Program-made: the position numbers and the translations under genes | In this document: positions 62,153 through 64,000 of the stretch, piece after piece | Position numbering within the stretch: position 1 is the stretch's first letter | Layout: every line of letters begins with the position of its first letter | From: Anolis carolinensis | Lineage: Eukaryota | Direction of reading: 5' to 3' | Assembly: GCF_035594765.1 (NCBI RefSeq) | Contig: NC_085842.1 | Span: 9,175,256 to 9,239,255 of the forward strand | DNA: 64,000 nucleotides | The notes under the pieces: model-generated | Seen by the model: the letters and a program-made list of their open reading frames with translations, nothing else | Told to the model about the DNA's origin: nothing | Database searches by the model: none

Positions 62153-63070
62153 GTGGTGGCCTGTGTTCCCAGGGAGAGAACGAGAGAGGAAGGCCCGCCT
62201 GGGAGTGGGCCAGGCCCGGGCCCTCCTCGGCCTCCCCTCCCTCCCTCCCTCCCTCCCTCCCTCCCTCCCTTGGGCCTTGGCTCCTCTTGGGCCCTCGGGA
62301 GGAGGCCTGGCAACGAGACTCACCAGGACTGACGAGGCGGAGGACGAGGCCNNNNNNNNNNNNNNNNNNNNNNNNNNNNNNNNNNNNNNNNNNNNNNNNN
62401 NNNNNNNNNNNNNNNNNNNNNNNNNNNNNNNNNNNNNNNNNNNNNNNNNNNNNNNNNNNNNNNNNNNNNNNNNNNNNNNNCAGGCCTCGGCCTTCCCAAC
62501 GGTCACTCAGCCCGTCACATGACCCGCGGGCGGGAAGGCCAGGGCGAGGCTGCCCGGAGACTGGTGACGCGGAGAGACCAGGCCGATCCCCATTGGCCCA
62601 TTTCTGGAAGGACCCTTCACGGCCCAAGGGCGAGGGGAGGGTCGGGGGCGTTCCTGCCCGGAGACCGATGACGCGCGAGAGGAAGGCGGGTTCCCATTGG
62701 CGGACCGTGAAGCGAAGGGGGGAAGGCGGGGGGGGGGGGGGAGAAGCGCCTAGTTCCCTCAGGCGAAGCCCCGCCTTCCACCCTTTCCTGTGAGCGCCCT
62801 TCGAGGAAGAGGGAGGAGGAGGAGGAGGAGGAGGAGGAGGAGGAGGCCTTTCGGGAGAGAGAGAGAGAGAGAGAGGAGCAGGTCAGGGGCAGCTGGGTGA
62901 GGGTTCGGGGTCCCTGCTGACGGGCCTCCCTTCCCCGTCCGGCCTTGGCCTGTCTGTCTGTCCCGGGGAGGCTGCGGCCTGCTCGGCCCTCCAGGCCCTC
63001 TGCGCATGCGCCTTCCAAAACGGGGCAGCCAGGTTGCTGACACCCCCCCCCCCCTCCACTGACTGACAGC
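61870..63070. promoter_or_regulatory. Second CpG island, probable promoter of B2 and of a further + strand transcript
   Basis: GC/CpG-rich. Minus-strand donor CTG|GTGAGT at 62323, plus-strand GG|GTGAGG at 62897, and two CRE+CCAAT modules homologous to 28110-28275. Confidence 0.65.
62352..62480. other. Assembly gap (N run)
   Basis: 129 N bases inside the GC-rich island. Confidence 1.
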
Positions 63071-63334
63071 CTGTCACTGGGCACAAGTCAAAGGGCTGGT
63101 GATGGCCTTTCAAGCCCTGGATGGTTCAGGTCCAGACTGTTTGGCTGATCCCATCTCATGGGCTACGCTTTTGGGATGTTGTGTTTTAGAGGCACTGATG
63201 TATTAATTCCTTGGGATTGGAATGCATTTGATTGTATATTGTTGGGATTGGTCCCCATAGAAACCACCCCAAGTCCCCTCGCAGAGATGGCGCGGGATAC
63301 AAAAATAAAGTTGTTGTTATTATTATTATTTGAA

Positions 63335-63940
63335 ACATAACAAGATGAGTCCACAGCAGACACTCTGCTGGCTGTCTTGGATCACACCTCGGACACTTCC
63401 CCAATGTCTAGGACTGTGTGATGTATCGGCGAGTAATGCGTGCCTCTCCCAATAAGGTGGCCTTCTGCAGCTGGCAGAGGGTAATTTTGTCAGCGCCGGT
63501 TGTGTTTAAGTGCAGGCCAAGGTTTTTAGCCACTGCACCCACTGGGACCACCTTGACTGGCTTGTGCCAGAGTCCTTGTAATTCGATCTTTAAATCCTCA
63601 TATCATGTCAGCTTTTCTAGTTGTTTCTCCTCAATCCTGCTGTCACCTGGGATGACAATATTGACAGTCCATACTTTTTTTTAACACGATCGTGAGGTCA
63701 GGGGTCTTGTGCTCCAAAACCCTGTCTGTCTGAATTCGGAAGTCCCAGAGTAGCTTGACATGTTCATTCTCTGTAACGTTTTCGGGCTTGTGATTCCACC
63801 AGTTCTTTGTTGCAGGCAGATGGTATTTGTGGCACAAGTACCAATTAATCATCTGAGCAACGGTGTTCTGCCTCTGCTTGTAGTCTGTCTGTGCAATCTT
63901 TCTGCAGCAGCTGAGGGTGTGATCTATTGTTTCATCTGTT
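63335..63940 (-). mobile_element. R4/Rex6-like (restriction-endonuclease-type) LINE 3' fragment
   Basis: WWNHKPENVTENEHVKLLWDFRIQTDRVLEHKTPDLTIV (PD motif region), frameshifted, with a (TAA)n tail. Confidence 0.7.
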
Positions 63941-64000
63941 TATTATTATTATTACTATTATTATGGAGCTCCTGATCTGCTGAACTGCTGTTGTTGCTGC

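Overview
Vertebrate genomic DNA, almost certainly squamate and Anolis-like (Sauria SINEs, CR1, L2, Vingi, Helitron, Tigger, Gypsy). The window is a tandem segmental duplication: unit 1 is ~1983-27520 and unit 2 is ~28661-60890. Each unit holds a convergent pair of C2H2 zinc-finger genes. Gene A (+ strand) appears to be zinc-finger-only, with a highly homogenised 84-bp array (19 fingers in A1, 23 in A2). Gene B (- strand) is a five-coding-exon SCAN-KRAB-ZNF gene; B2 is intact (~602 aa) and B1 has lost the 5' part of its KRAB-A exon. CpG islands at ~27300-28330 and ~61870-63070 look like bidirectional promoters and carry five copies of a rigidly spaced RFX-like/CRE/CCAAT (SXY-like) module. The last intron of gene B contains a Tigger relic that received different insertions in each copy. 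Unit 1 gained a full-length Vingi LINE whose 5' end is an HDV-like ribozyme. Unit 2 gained an intact CR1 LINE (UUUAAAC -1 slippery site joining ORF1 to ORF2; 267-bp 5'UTR monomers) and a very young single-ORF Gypsy element with an 11-nt self-priming site and a predicted spliced Gag mRNA. A ~200-bp paralogous segment next to the first CpG island shows extreme AT-to-GC bias. All calls come from reading the sequence by eye; no searches were run.
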